The notes under the pieces were generated by a model. That model did not search any database. It worked only from the letters and a program-made list of their open reading frames with translations, and had not been told where the DNA came from. Made by a program: the position numbers and the translations under genes. Shown in pieces: positions 25,701 to 38,478 of a stretch of DNA of 64,000 nucleotides. The first letter of the stretch is position 1; each line of letters opens with the position of its first letter. Source of the DNA: Lama guanicoe (lineage: Eukaryota); assembly GCA_013239625.1 (NCBI GenBank), contig MU053432.1:359422-423421 (forward strand). Reading direction: 5' to 3'.

Positions 25701-28700
25701 TGAAATGTAAAGTAAAGCTGGCCCTCATGTCGTTCTCTGAGGAGTTAAGCTTGTCACGGGAATTTTTGAAATCTCAACAGAAGCTCATCCACTGACTGCC
25801 CTTGTTCCACGTGCTTATTTATCTTTCCGCAGTGGATTTTAGCAGGTACTCTGGCCCTTTGGTCTTTCACATGCCATGCTTGCCTCTCCCCTAAGAAGTC
25901 ACGTTTGCCTAAGGGACCAGTGTTCCCATCCTACATTTATTTGATTAATTTTTTTTTAAATAAGTGCTACCGACTTGGAAGTAAGACTCGGGATCCCCTC
26001 TGGAACCTTTACCAGGGATGGAGTCAGATGACAGTCCTGTCTCTCTGGCCCAGTTTCCACAATGAGGCTCCCAGTTCCATAATTTTCCTCCTGGGTTCCT
26101 TCAGAGCCCCAGGGAGTAGAAAGCTTCCAGTCCCAGTGATTACGTCTCACTTGGCTTCCAAAGGCAGTTTGAACATGAAAATCTCCCTGATAGCTTCTTT
26201 AGCCGTGGCTGAGATGTAGAGAACCCATCCCTTTCTCTTGTCTCCTCCTCCCTGCAGAGCATCCCAGGATCACTCAGTGGTCCCTCCTCCAGTACCCCTC
26301 ATTCCCCAGCTCCTCCTTCTGTGGCTTCAGGGGGGCTTGGAATTTGGGGGTATTCTTGTCCTGCCCTTCTAGCTTAGGGTCGTGTTGTCCAACATGGCCA
26401 TACTCTGGCCTTCCCTAACCCCTAAACTAAAGTTCACAGTGTCGTTTTTACTTTGTTAGCTGGGGGGAAGGGCTTTGTTAGTTGCAGGGAAGGGGAGGAG
26501 GGAGTTTAGAAGACAGATGCCTTTTTCCTATGATGGCCTCTTTGATTTTATTTTCAGGCAGACAGGGCTTTGGGAGACAACCTGGGCTCTTTGAGCTTCA
26601 GAATCCACTTATTGTGAGCTTCTAAAGGTATTCTGTAAAGTCTCCAGGCTTCCTTTGTCTGTTTTGTTGATAACCTTTCCATCTCTCTGTGTCTTACCAG
26701 CCAATGACTTCAAATTGTCATATTCCCTCCTTCCTCTGACATTAAGTCGTGGAGCACGTTACTGCAATAGCTCACCACCTAACCAGCCTCCCAGGCCAAC
26801 TCTGCCAACACCAGGCCTCCTCTGGTTCCTTCCCAGCTGTTCTGGGAAGAAAGTGCTTCTCTCATTCCAGGCTTCACTGCAGTATCTCATTCTGTTGGTG
26901 TCGATAAACAAGTCCCCTCGTTCTTCCTAGCGTCTCTCTGCAGTGTTTCCAGGTCTTAAAACCTCTAGTTTAGTCCCGTTTTCCTGCTCCATGGCTACAG
27001 AACATTCTCTCTGTTACGTTTGAGTTGCAGAAGCGTGGACTACTTCATTAAAGATGCATACAGTTCAGCTCAGGTCTGGGGCTACGTCTACCCTTCTGTG
27101 TTCATATTCGCTCTCCTTCTCCGCTCATGTGGGCCCTGTAACTTTTGGCTGTCTTGCATTTATACATTTTCATCCCTCCATACGCCATCTCCAGACTTTC
27201 CTGTGTCCACCACCCGGTCTGTTCTTCACGTAACTGCCCAGCATCCTCTGGCCTCTAGGAAGCCACGTAGACCCAGACTTACTCCTTTGCATCCGGACTC
27301 ATTCAGTCATTTCAGTCTCAGTGTAACAGAAGGATCTGCTCGCTCTGGCTACTTAGGCTTCCTGTTTGTGTCAGCTGCTCCTTCCTGCCTGTCTCCTCCA
27401 GCTGGGCAGCCCTGGCTTCCTTTTCTTTTTACACAGCAGCCTCAGCCTCCATTAGGGCCAGCATCCTGAAACCATATGGGACAAGGTTTTGTCTGGCAAG
27501 TCAAGACCCATAGGGTTCTTCTGCTGCACAAGGTCCCCAGCAAATCCCACCCACCCCCATCCCCGCTGTCCGGTTAACCTAGGCTCTTTCAGCCTAGAAC
27601 TACTCACCGTTACCTTTGTCTCTTTGCAGAGAAGAGGGGAAGAAGCCCAATGTGGCCACGAAGGGTCAGGGGTGGTGGAGGGATGGAGTGGGAGGAGGGA
27701 TGTGGGCGAAGAGGCAGGAGCATTGTTTTACCGTACTGCACCCTACTCCTGTCCCCCCAGGCTGCTGGCCCAGCGGCAGCAACACTCCTTTGGTCTGCAT
27801 GGGGTGGACTGCGTGGGCACGGAAGCCCACCTCTCCCTCTGCTCCTTGGAGTTCTATCGTGCCAATGACACCGCCAGGTGCCCTGGGGGGTCCCCTGCGG
27901 TGGTGAGCTGTGTGCCAAGCCCTCTCTATGCAGCAGCGTCCAGTGGCCAGAAGAAGCAACAGTCGAAGCCTCAGGGGGAGGTGTGTGAGACAGTGACTCT
28001 GACCTTCCCCATCCCAGGTGGAGAACCCCCTAGCCTGGCCACACCCTGTCTACGCACAGCCCTGACCTTTGAGGACAGAGAGGAGCCTTCCAGGGGGTGG
28101 GCCACAGACCTGAGACTGCCCCCTCCCTCCCAGCAGAATCTCATTTATCTCCCAGGTCTGTTAGCCCTCTCTGTGCTGAGGTCCCCATTCACGGCTGGTG
28201 GGTACCTCTCTCTCCTCTACAGGCCCGAGTGCGTCTAAAGGGCGGAGCCCACCCAGGAGAGGGCCGGGTAGAAGTCCTGAAGGCTGGCACGTGGGGTACA
28301 GTCTGTGACCGCAAGTGGGACCTGCAGGCAGCCAGCGTGGTGTGTCGGGAGCTGGGCTTCGGGAGCGCCCGAGAGGCGCTGAGTGGTGCCCGCATGGGGC
28401 AGGGTAAGGGGTGCAGGTGGGAGGGGGAAGGAGGAGGTACACACTTCCGGTGGGTACATTCCTTGGGAAGGAGACCCCTGGGCAGACAACGAAGGTCTAG
28501 CTACAACCTCCTGGTCTTTGACCTGTGACCTTAGGCATGGGTGCCATCCACTTGAGTGAAGTTCGATGCTCTGGACAGGAACCCTCCCTCTGGAACTGCC
28601 CCCACAAGAACATCACAGCTGAGGACTGTTCCCATAGCCGGGATGCTGGAGTCCGATGTAACCTGCCCTACACTGGGGTAGAGACCAAGGTCAGTCCCTC

Positions 28701-30705
28701 TTTGCACCTTGGTTCAGGTGTTTCACGTCCTATCCAGTCTTGGTCATGATCCACCAGTCTGATGGCCCTGCTGCCCACTGCCCCACTATCCAGTAGCTCT
28801 CACCTGATGCCACCACTTGCTGGCCCTTTAAGTGCCTCAGGCTCGCTGTTCAGCCCAGGTCTGCTGCAGGCTCCCTCCACTCCACCCCAAAAGCTTTCCC
28901 AGCACTTCTGTTGTGTCACTACAGATCCGACTCAGTGGGGGCCGCAGCCGACATGAGGGACGAGTCGAGGTGCAAATAGGGGGACCTGGGTCCGTTCGCT
29001 GGGGCCTCATCTGTGGGGATGACTGGGGGACACTGGAGGCCATGGTGGCCTGTAGGCAGCTTGGACTGGGCTATGCCAGCCATGGCCTGCAGGTGAGTGC
29101 GCAGGAGAGGGGAACCAAGGCCCTTGCCTCCCAGGGCTGTTTGGGGCAGAGGACTGTGGAAATGAGTCCCTTGGTCCGGGAGGCTAATGGGGGGACCTCA
29201 CATAAACACCTCGATATGTCCCCAGGAGACCTGGTACTGGGACTCAGGGAATATAACAGAGGTGGTGATGAGTGGAGTGCGCTGCGCAGGGACTGAGCTG
29301 TCCCTGGACCAGTGTGCTCATCATGGCACCCACGTCACCTGCAAGAGGACAGGAACCCGCTTCACTGCTGGAGTCATTTGTTCTGAGAGTGAGTGAAGGG
29401 CGGGGTGACGCAAGCCTGGGAAGGGAGGCCCTGGGCCACCCTTTTGCAGGGAAAGAGGGCTGTCATCTGCAGGGGTATGCCTTCCAGGTGGAAAACCAGA
29501 GCTCTGCGGGAGGGGGGTGCAGCGGTCCTGTCTGGCCCCGCCCCTCAGCTGTAACTAACACTCTCCGTTCTTTCTGGGGTGCAGCCGCGTCAGACCTGCT
29601 GCTGCACTCAGCGCTGGTGCAGGAGACGGCCTACATCGAGGACCGGCCCCTGCACATGCTGTACTGCGCTGCCGAGGAGAACTGCCTGGCCAGCTCGGCC
29701 CGCTCAGCCAACTGGCCTTACGGCCACCGGCGTCTGCTCCGATTCTCCTCCCAGATCCACAACCTGGGACGTGCTGACTTCAGGCCCAAGGCGGGGCGCC
29801 ACTCCTGGGTGTGGCATGAGTGTCATGGGTGAGAGGGGCGAGTAGAAGGGCAAGGCCACCGGGGTTAGGGCAGGCTTGCGGGGGGGCAGGGAAGGAAACA
29901 GGGGTTCCTTTATCCCCACAGGCATTACCACAGCATGGACATCTTCACTCACTACGATATCCTGACCCCCAACGGCACCAAGGTGGCTGAGGGCCACAAA
30001 GCTAGTTTCTGTCTAGAAGACACAGAGTGTCAGGAGGGTGAGTTGGGGCTTAGACGACAGTATCCCCATCCCGCAGACTTGCCTCACACTGACATATGCT
30101 GATCTCTTCAGATGTCTCCAAGAGGTATGAGTGTGCCAACTTTGGAGAGCAGGGCATCACCGTGGGTTGCTGGGATCTCTACCGGCATGACATTGACTGT
30201 CAGTGGATTGACATCACAGATGTGAAGCCAGGAAACTACATTCTACAGGTGCCTGGGGTCTGAGATTTCCAGCTGTCAAGTGGGAGGAGCTTTTATTAAA
30301 GCACCTTTGATCTGATTTGAAGGCTGCAGCTGGCTGACTTCCTTCCACTCACAGGTGGTCATCAACCCTAACTTTGAAGTGGCAGAGAGTGACTTCACCA
30401 ACAACGCAATGAAATGTAACTGCAAATATGATGGACATCGCATCTGGGTGCACAACTGTCACATTGGTATTTGGTGGGAAGAGTAGCCAGAAAGACTGGG
30501 GGATGGGAGGGAGAAGAATGAATTCTCTGCTCCCTAAGTTGTTCCTCTGGATCTCCCAGTCTCTCCACTTCTACCTGCCCTTCCCCACAGTGGGTCTGTT
30601 TTCCTGCCCAAACCACCCGTTCACCTTGCAGGTGATGCCTTCAGTGAAGAGGCCAACCAGAGGTTTGAACGCTACCCTGGCCAGACCAGCAACCAGATCA
30701 TCTAA
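14323..30705 (+). CDS. LOXL3: Lysyl oxidase homolog 3 (signal peptide, 4 SRCR domains, LOX catalytic domain), 753 aa
   Basis: Coding exons 14323-14635, 16362-16525, 17176-17390, 27761-27980, 28223-28403, 28535-28689, 28925-29092, 29226-29388, 29585-29828, 29922-30037, 30112-30248, 30355-30466 and 30632-30705 sum to 2262 nt. Copper motif [14 protein letters not shown] residues in GHKASFC and WDLYRHDID. Confidence 0.97.
15123..15242 (+). mobile_element. tRNA-derived SINE (vic-1-like)
   Basis: ggtatagctcagtggtagagtgcatg...gggtcctgggttcagtcccc...taaataaacctaattacc. 18-bp TSD aacaaatatgaatgtcag at 15105-15122 and 15243-15260. Confidence 0.88.
15280..15650 (+). mobile_element. L3/CR1 LINE 3' fragment
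   Basis: cagattttaaaagagacagtagaaaatgg...ttcagaagggagctgcccagatgtgaaaggttgg...gatagttgtcttcaaat resembles the CR1 ORF2 C-terminus. Confidence 0.5.
15890..16072 (+). mobile_element. MIR SINE
   Basis: ggctgtgtggtcttaggcaagttatttaacttctctgaacccc...aaaatggtgataata...acacagtaggtactcaat. Confidence 0.75.
17600..18100. promoter_or_regulatory. Intronic CpG island in LOXL3 intron 4
   Basis: Very CpG/GC-rich with multiple GC boxes (gggcgggg, ccccgccc). Donor-like TG|GTGAGT at 18002/18003. Confidence 0.7.
18230..19300 (-). mobile_element. L3/CR1 LINE fragment
   Basis: cacactacttcagatgggtctgatcagggcagggtacag and ttgccaaaatccagttacactatg resemble antisense CR1 reverse transcriptase sequence. Confidence 0.5.
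19751..19789. repeat. (TG)n microsatellite
   Basis: About 19 near-perfect TG units. Confidence 0.95.
20331..20475 (+). mobile_element. tRNA-derived SINE (vic-1-like)
   Basis: ggggagggtgtagctcaagtggtagg...gcatgcacagggtcctgggttcaatcc, A-rich tail. TSD gataaggaagaca at 20313-20325 and 20476-20488. Confidence 0.88.
21920..22600 (-). mobile_element. L2 LINE fragments
   Basis: atatttattgaactcctactatttgccaagcactgtgcaaggtgctgagaataca L2 tail and adjoining body. Confidence 0.65.
22622..22762 (+). mobile_element. tRNA-derived SINE (vic-1-like)
   Basis: ggggagggtatagctcaagtggtagagcacatgcttagcatgcatgaggtcctgggttcaattccc. 17-bp TSD aagaatcaataggatga at 22605-22621 and 22763-22779. Confidence 0.9.
23400..23790 (+). 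mobile_element. L3/CR1 LINE fragment
   Basis: aaagttccaagtatatttcatttag ... gaaagggacctgagagttatgtagac resembles CR1 KCKVLHLG...ERDLGV coding remnants. Confidence 0.45.
23884..24055 (+). mobile_element. tRNA-derived SINE (vic-1-like)
   Basis: ggggagggtgtagctcaagtggtagagcgcatg...ggtcctgggttcaatccccag, long AT tail. Imperfect TSD tgaa(a/g)tcaaa(g/a)ggag. Confidence 0.85.
24788..24844 (+). CDS. LOXL3: Putative alternative 57-nt cassette exon of LOXL3 ([19 protein letters not shown])
   Basis: cttatcctcacag|A AAG TTG AGG AAG CGA ... CTT GGA AG|gtaatg. Phase 2-2, matching the exon 4/5 junction, with no stop. Confidence 0.7.
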
Positions 30706-31337
30706 GGTGCCACCACCCTCCTCTGCACACCACCACTGGCCCCCAGTGGCAGGGGTCTGAGGCTGCCATTACCTCAGGAGCTTACCAAGGAAGAATCCCT
30801 GACGTCAGCAGGCCCACAGCACTCATCCAGTGTGCGCTGTGGGTGTGGAACTGTCAAGCGGAAGTGATCGCCCTTCTTAGGCCAGCTGTCCGGATCTATG
30901 GCCACACAGGGGGCACTTTTGCTCCCAGGCCCAGCACCAAGCCAAGTACGCCACAAAGAGGAGCACCTGATTAACTGCCCAGAACAAAAGACAGCCAGCA
31001 GCTCGTTTTCTTCAAGAGGGAGGTCAGAATGGTCAACTCCAGTATCTCCCCTCAGTTCAAGGAGATACAGCTTTACCTCTAACCTTTTAGTGGGGGGACA
31101 GAGCAGTGTGCTACCCTCCCCCTCATTTTTGAGTATAACATGTTGCTAGGTATAATTTTATTTTATATAAAAAGTGTTTTTGTGATTCGTTAGAGCTCAG
31201 GCATTGGTGCTGGTGGTTGGAGGGACCTGCCTCCAACTGGTTCATTTAATCCTCTGTCCAGGTGCCCTCAGAGCCTAAGCCAGGAAAGCCAGGTGGAAAT
31301 CAGAGCAGAAAGAAGCCTCCTACTCTTGCTGATCCAT

Positions 31338-34297
<2,960 letters not shown>

Positions 34298-34675
34298 CAG
34301 CTCCGCCTTGGTTGCCTCCTCGCCCGCCCTACACAGAGGAGGCGCTCTGGACGCGAGAGGGAGGACTGCAGGACGCGGGGCACGCCGGTACCTGAAGTCT
34401 CCAGAAGTGCACGCCGGGACCCAGGATTCCGGGAGGCCGACTCCGCCCCCGCCCTGCGAATGCCGGGAATTGTGGTCCCCGCGGGACGCGAGTTCTGAGG
34501 TGGCCCAAGGGCCCGCAAGGCATGCTGGGACCGCTAGCCCTTCCGGGGCGCATCAGGGTTTCGGCTCCCGGCACCCTGGGCGGATGCCCAGAGACTCCGC
34601 CTTCCCAGGAGGCCCTGCGACGGGGAGCGAAGATGGCGGCGGAGGCTGTGGCCCGACAGCCCTAAAGCAGCAGTT
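34298..34675. promoter_or_regulatory. Compact bidirectional HTRA2/AUP1 CpG promoter
   Basis: 378 bp separate the divergent ATGs. GC box at ~34443-34454, ZNF143-like gaatgccgggaattgtggt at 34458-34476 and gcatgctggga at 34520-34530, YY1-type aagatggcggc at 34630-34640. Confidence 0.75.
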
Positions 34676-37465
34676 ATGGAGCCTCCCCCGGTGCCGGGGC
34701 CGGAGCGGCTCTTTGATTCGCACCGGTAAGAGCCCCGGCGGGAAGAGGCCAGTTCCCGCGTCCGCTTGGCCTTCTGCGCGCGATCATCCCGCCTCTCGCC
34801 CCCAGGCTCCCGGGTGACGGCTTCCTACTCTTCGCGCTGCTGCTCTACGCTCCAGTAGGGTTCTGCCTTCTCGTCCTGCGCCTCTTTCTTGGGATCCACG
34901 TCTTCCTGGTCAGCTGCGCGCTACCGGACAGCGTTCTTCGCAGGTTCCGACCCGGGCGCTAGAGGAGGGTCAGGGCTGGACCCGGCCCGAGGCCGCGCAG
35001 TCACCGCTGCCTGCATCCCTAGGTTCGTGGTGCGGACCATGTGTGCAGTGCTGGGACTCGTGGCCCGGCAGGAGGACTCTGGACTCCGGGATCACCGCGT
35101 CAGGGTCCTCATTTCCAACCACGTGACACCTTTCGACCACAACATAGTCAACCTGCTTACCAGCTGTAGCACCGTGAGTTGGGGACGAAGTCGAGAGCGC
35201 CGCGGGGTGGTTCCCGGGGCCCAGCTCAAGGCTCCCTTCTCCACGTCCGGGTTTCCTCTGGGGACTCAAGATACCGACCCTTACCCCAGACCCCGCCTTT
35301 CTACTCCATATGTTAATTTTTCTCTCTTAACAACATTCTTTTCTTCTTACTTTCTCTCCTCCCCCACCCCAGCCTCTACTCAATAGTCCCCCAAGCTTCG
35401 TGTGCTGGTCTCGGGGCTTCATGGAGATGGATGGGCGGGAGGAGTTGGTGGAGTCACTCAAGAGATTCTGTGCTTCCACGAGGCTTCCCCCTACCCCTCT
35501 GCTGCTGTTCCCCGAAGAAGAGGCCACCAATGGCCGGGAGGGGCTCCTGCGCTTCAGGTGGGTGAGCACAGGTATCTGTCTCCAAACTGGGTAGGTGGTC
35601 AGGCTTGGGGGCCCTTGGGTTTTCACAGCCTTTTTCCACCCTGCTCCTTCCATTCCTAGCTCATGACCTTTTTAGTTCTTTTCCTTGAATCCCTATATTC
35701 CCCACTTTTCTACGGTCCAGTTTGACAGTGTTCTGTTCAAAGTCAGGTATGAGCTGCTGACTGGGCTGGCTGAAATCCCATACTCTCTCTTCCCCTTTCT
35801 AGTTCCTGGCCATTTTCTATCCAGGATGTGGTACAGCCTCTTACCCTGCGAGTCCAGAGACCCCTAGTCTCTGTGGTGAGTGTGTGCTGGACGGAGATTC
35901 TCTGGGCTTGGAGGGGACATTTCCCAGTCCTGGCCCTGGCTTAGACCTCACTCATGCCCTCCCTTCAGACGGTGTCAGATGCCTCCTGGGTCTCAGAACT
36001 GCTGTGGTCACTTTTCGTCCCTTTCACGATGTATCAAGTAAGGTATTAACTGTCCTCACTTTTTGGTGGCTGGGAGAAACTCACCTCAAGGTCAAGGAAG
36101 TAGCTGTCTCTGCCCTGTCCATTTGCAGATCTTTTAATGTCAAGTTCCCACCACAGAGGCAATATGAAGTATTGAGTATCTCCCCACTGTCACCACCACT
36201 GTCCCAAGAGAAGAGGTATCGGAGTGGAGAGAGGGTACCCCCAACATGGTCCTGGATTGTTTTTGCAGGTGGCTCCGTCCTGTTCATCGCCAGCTGGGGG
36301 AGGGGAATGAGGAGTTTGCCCTCCGTGTACAACAGGTGACAGGGGACCCGGGCAGGATGGAGGTGGGGGTCTTCCCTCAGGGGGAAGGAGACGAAGGCTT
36401 GAGAACCTTCCAATCTTCCAATTCTCCCTAGTTGGTGGCCAAAGAATTGGGCCAGACAGGGACACGACTCACTCCAGCAGACAAAGCAGAGCACATGAAG
36501 CGACAGAGACACCCCAGGTTGCGTCCCCAGTCAGGTGTGTAGTCCCTGTACACAAAGCTTCACAGCCATTTTTTTCAGCCTGTTGTGGTTTCCTCCCTGT
36601 TCCTGTACTAGTCAGCCTCTTCTTCCGCCTAGTTCTCCACTCACCATATTTCGGATTTCTTTTTTGCAGCCCAGTCTTCTTTCCCTCCCGCCCCCGGCCC
36701 TTCTCCTGATGTGCAGCTGGCAGCTCTGGCTCAGAGAGTCAAGGAGGTTTTACCCCACGTGCCACTGGGCGTCATCCAGAGAGACCTGGGTATGGGGAAG
36801 GGTGGCCTCACGCAAGGAGACAGGCACAGGGAAGAAAAGTGGGTGGTGAAGGGAGAAGGTGAACAAAGAAACAGACGCTCCTCTCCTCTCTTCCCTTCTC
36901 CCCAGCCAGGACTGGCTGTGTAGACTTGACCATCACTAATTTGCTTGAGGGGGCCGTAGCTTTCATGCCTGAAGACGTCACTGAAGAGACCCAGTCCCTT
37001 CCCACAGCCTCCACCCCCAAGGTGAGACCCCAGAAATGGTCAGGTCCAAGACTTGGGGTGGGATGGGGCAGTCTGCACATTCTCTGTCCCTGACATCTCT
37101 TTTTTTGATCCTGAGACCCTAGCATAGTGCCTCTCTTGCAAAGTAGGCATTCGATGGGTGTTTAATGATGACTTCGCAAGCCCTCTGACATTGTGATCAC
37201 CTCAGTTCCCCAGCTCTGGCCCAGCGACCCCTCAGCCCACAGCCCTAACATTTGCCAAGTCCTCCTGGGCCCGGCAGGAGAGTCTACAAGAGCGCAAGCA
37301 GGCGCTGTATGAGTACGCGAGAAGGTGAGGGGTTTGGAGAACGATGAAAGGGACAGGTTGGAAAAGGGAGCTCTTCATGGAAATAATACAGCAAAGCCCG
37401 TTCAATGTCTTCTCCTTATGTCCTGCAGGAGATTCACAGAGAGGCAGGCCCAGGAGGCTGACTGA
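34676..37465 (+). CDS. AUP1: Ancient ubiquitous protein 1 (lipid droplet/ERAD; acyltransferase-like, CUE, G2BR), 410 aa
   Basis: Exons 34676-34725, 34806-34943, 35023-35173, 35373-35557, 35803-35875, 35969-36042, 36269-36335, 36432-36534, 36670-36789, 36906-37021, 37206-37324 and 37429-37465 sum to 1233 nt. SNHVTPFD, FPEE and VKEVLPHVP motifs. ATTAAA at 37583-37588. Confidence 0.96.
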
Positions 37466-38478
37466 GTACAGGATGGCGCCCAGAGCCGCAGGACGGAGAC
37501 TGGGGGCAGCTCTCACCCAACTCACAACAGGCCGGATGGGTGGGTGGTAAAAAGGGAGGCATGGGGCTCCCCCCAATATCACATTAAATTCAGGGTTTTC
37601 ACTCAAGGTCTCTGTTGCCTCTCTGGGTCTCAAAATCCCCCTAGCAGTTTCCTTTTCCCCTGGTTGTGGGGCTCAGGGATCAGGGCCTCCTTGTGGGTTT
37701 GTGGGATTGGTCAGAATGGAACTGTCTGCAGTCACCTCCGCATGCCAGGAGATGAGCAATATGGAAGGTGTAACTGAACTGAAGACCCAGCAGCAACTGG
37801 ATCCTAGCTAGGGTGTTCAGCCAAGGTATGTGAAGAAACAGCGGCAAAACTACAAGTCCCAGGATGCCTTTCGGTAATGAGTACAGTGCACAGGGTTCAC
37901 ACATGATGGGTGTGGTGGCTGGAGCCTGTGAAGCAGAGCAAATGGCCCCACCCCCAAACCAGTCTATAGAGTTTGTGTTTGAGCCAAGCCCTAGGGTGGA
38001 ACCGGAATTTACCTTTGTACTTGACACTGGTCAGGGTTAGTGGTGACTGGCTGGGTGGGTCTGGAACTGGCTGCCATCCTGACAACATCTCAGAGCTGCA
38101 AGCAGGTTTGAATCCAGGATTCTTGTGGCCCTTCCCCTGGATTCCTAACCCCCGCTCCTCCTCTTACTCTTTATTCTTTTCCCCTGGAAACCTTCCCACA
38201 GGTTACCAGGTCTCATACAAATTCTGCTGCCCCTGAGGGCCCCTGTGTCAGTCACAGGATTTTTAATACCTGACTACAGGGTAATAGTCCGCTTTTGATA
38301 GTCCCTTACTTGGAGACTCAACTACTGTTTCCCGGCAGGCAAGAAATACTGGGAAGAAGGGACCCCAGGGCATTATCACCTGAGGGTACAGGTTAGGGAT
38401 TGGGAAGATGGTGTCAGTCACCAAATACGAAGCCTTGATGGCGGCCCTGCCTTCTATAGGTCCTGCCAGACAGCCACC

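Noticed and set aside
27630..27664. Second possible mini-exon before LOXL3 exon 5 (ttgcag|A...AAGG|gtcagg)
   Set aside because: 35 nt is not frame-preserving and the donor is weak.
30800..30807. TGACGTCA CRE in the LOXL3 3' UTR (another lies in HTRA2 exon 1)
   Set aside because: Isolated 8-mer outside a promoter context with no supporting evidence.
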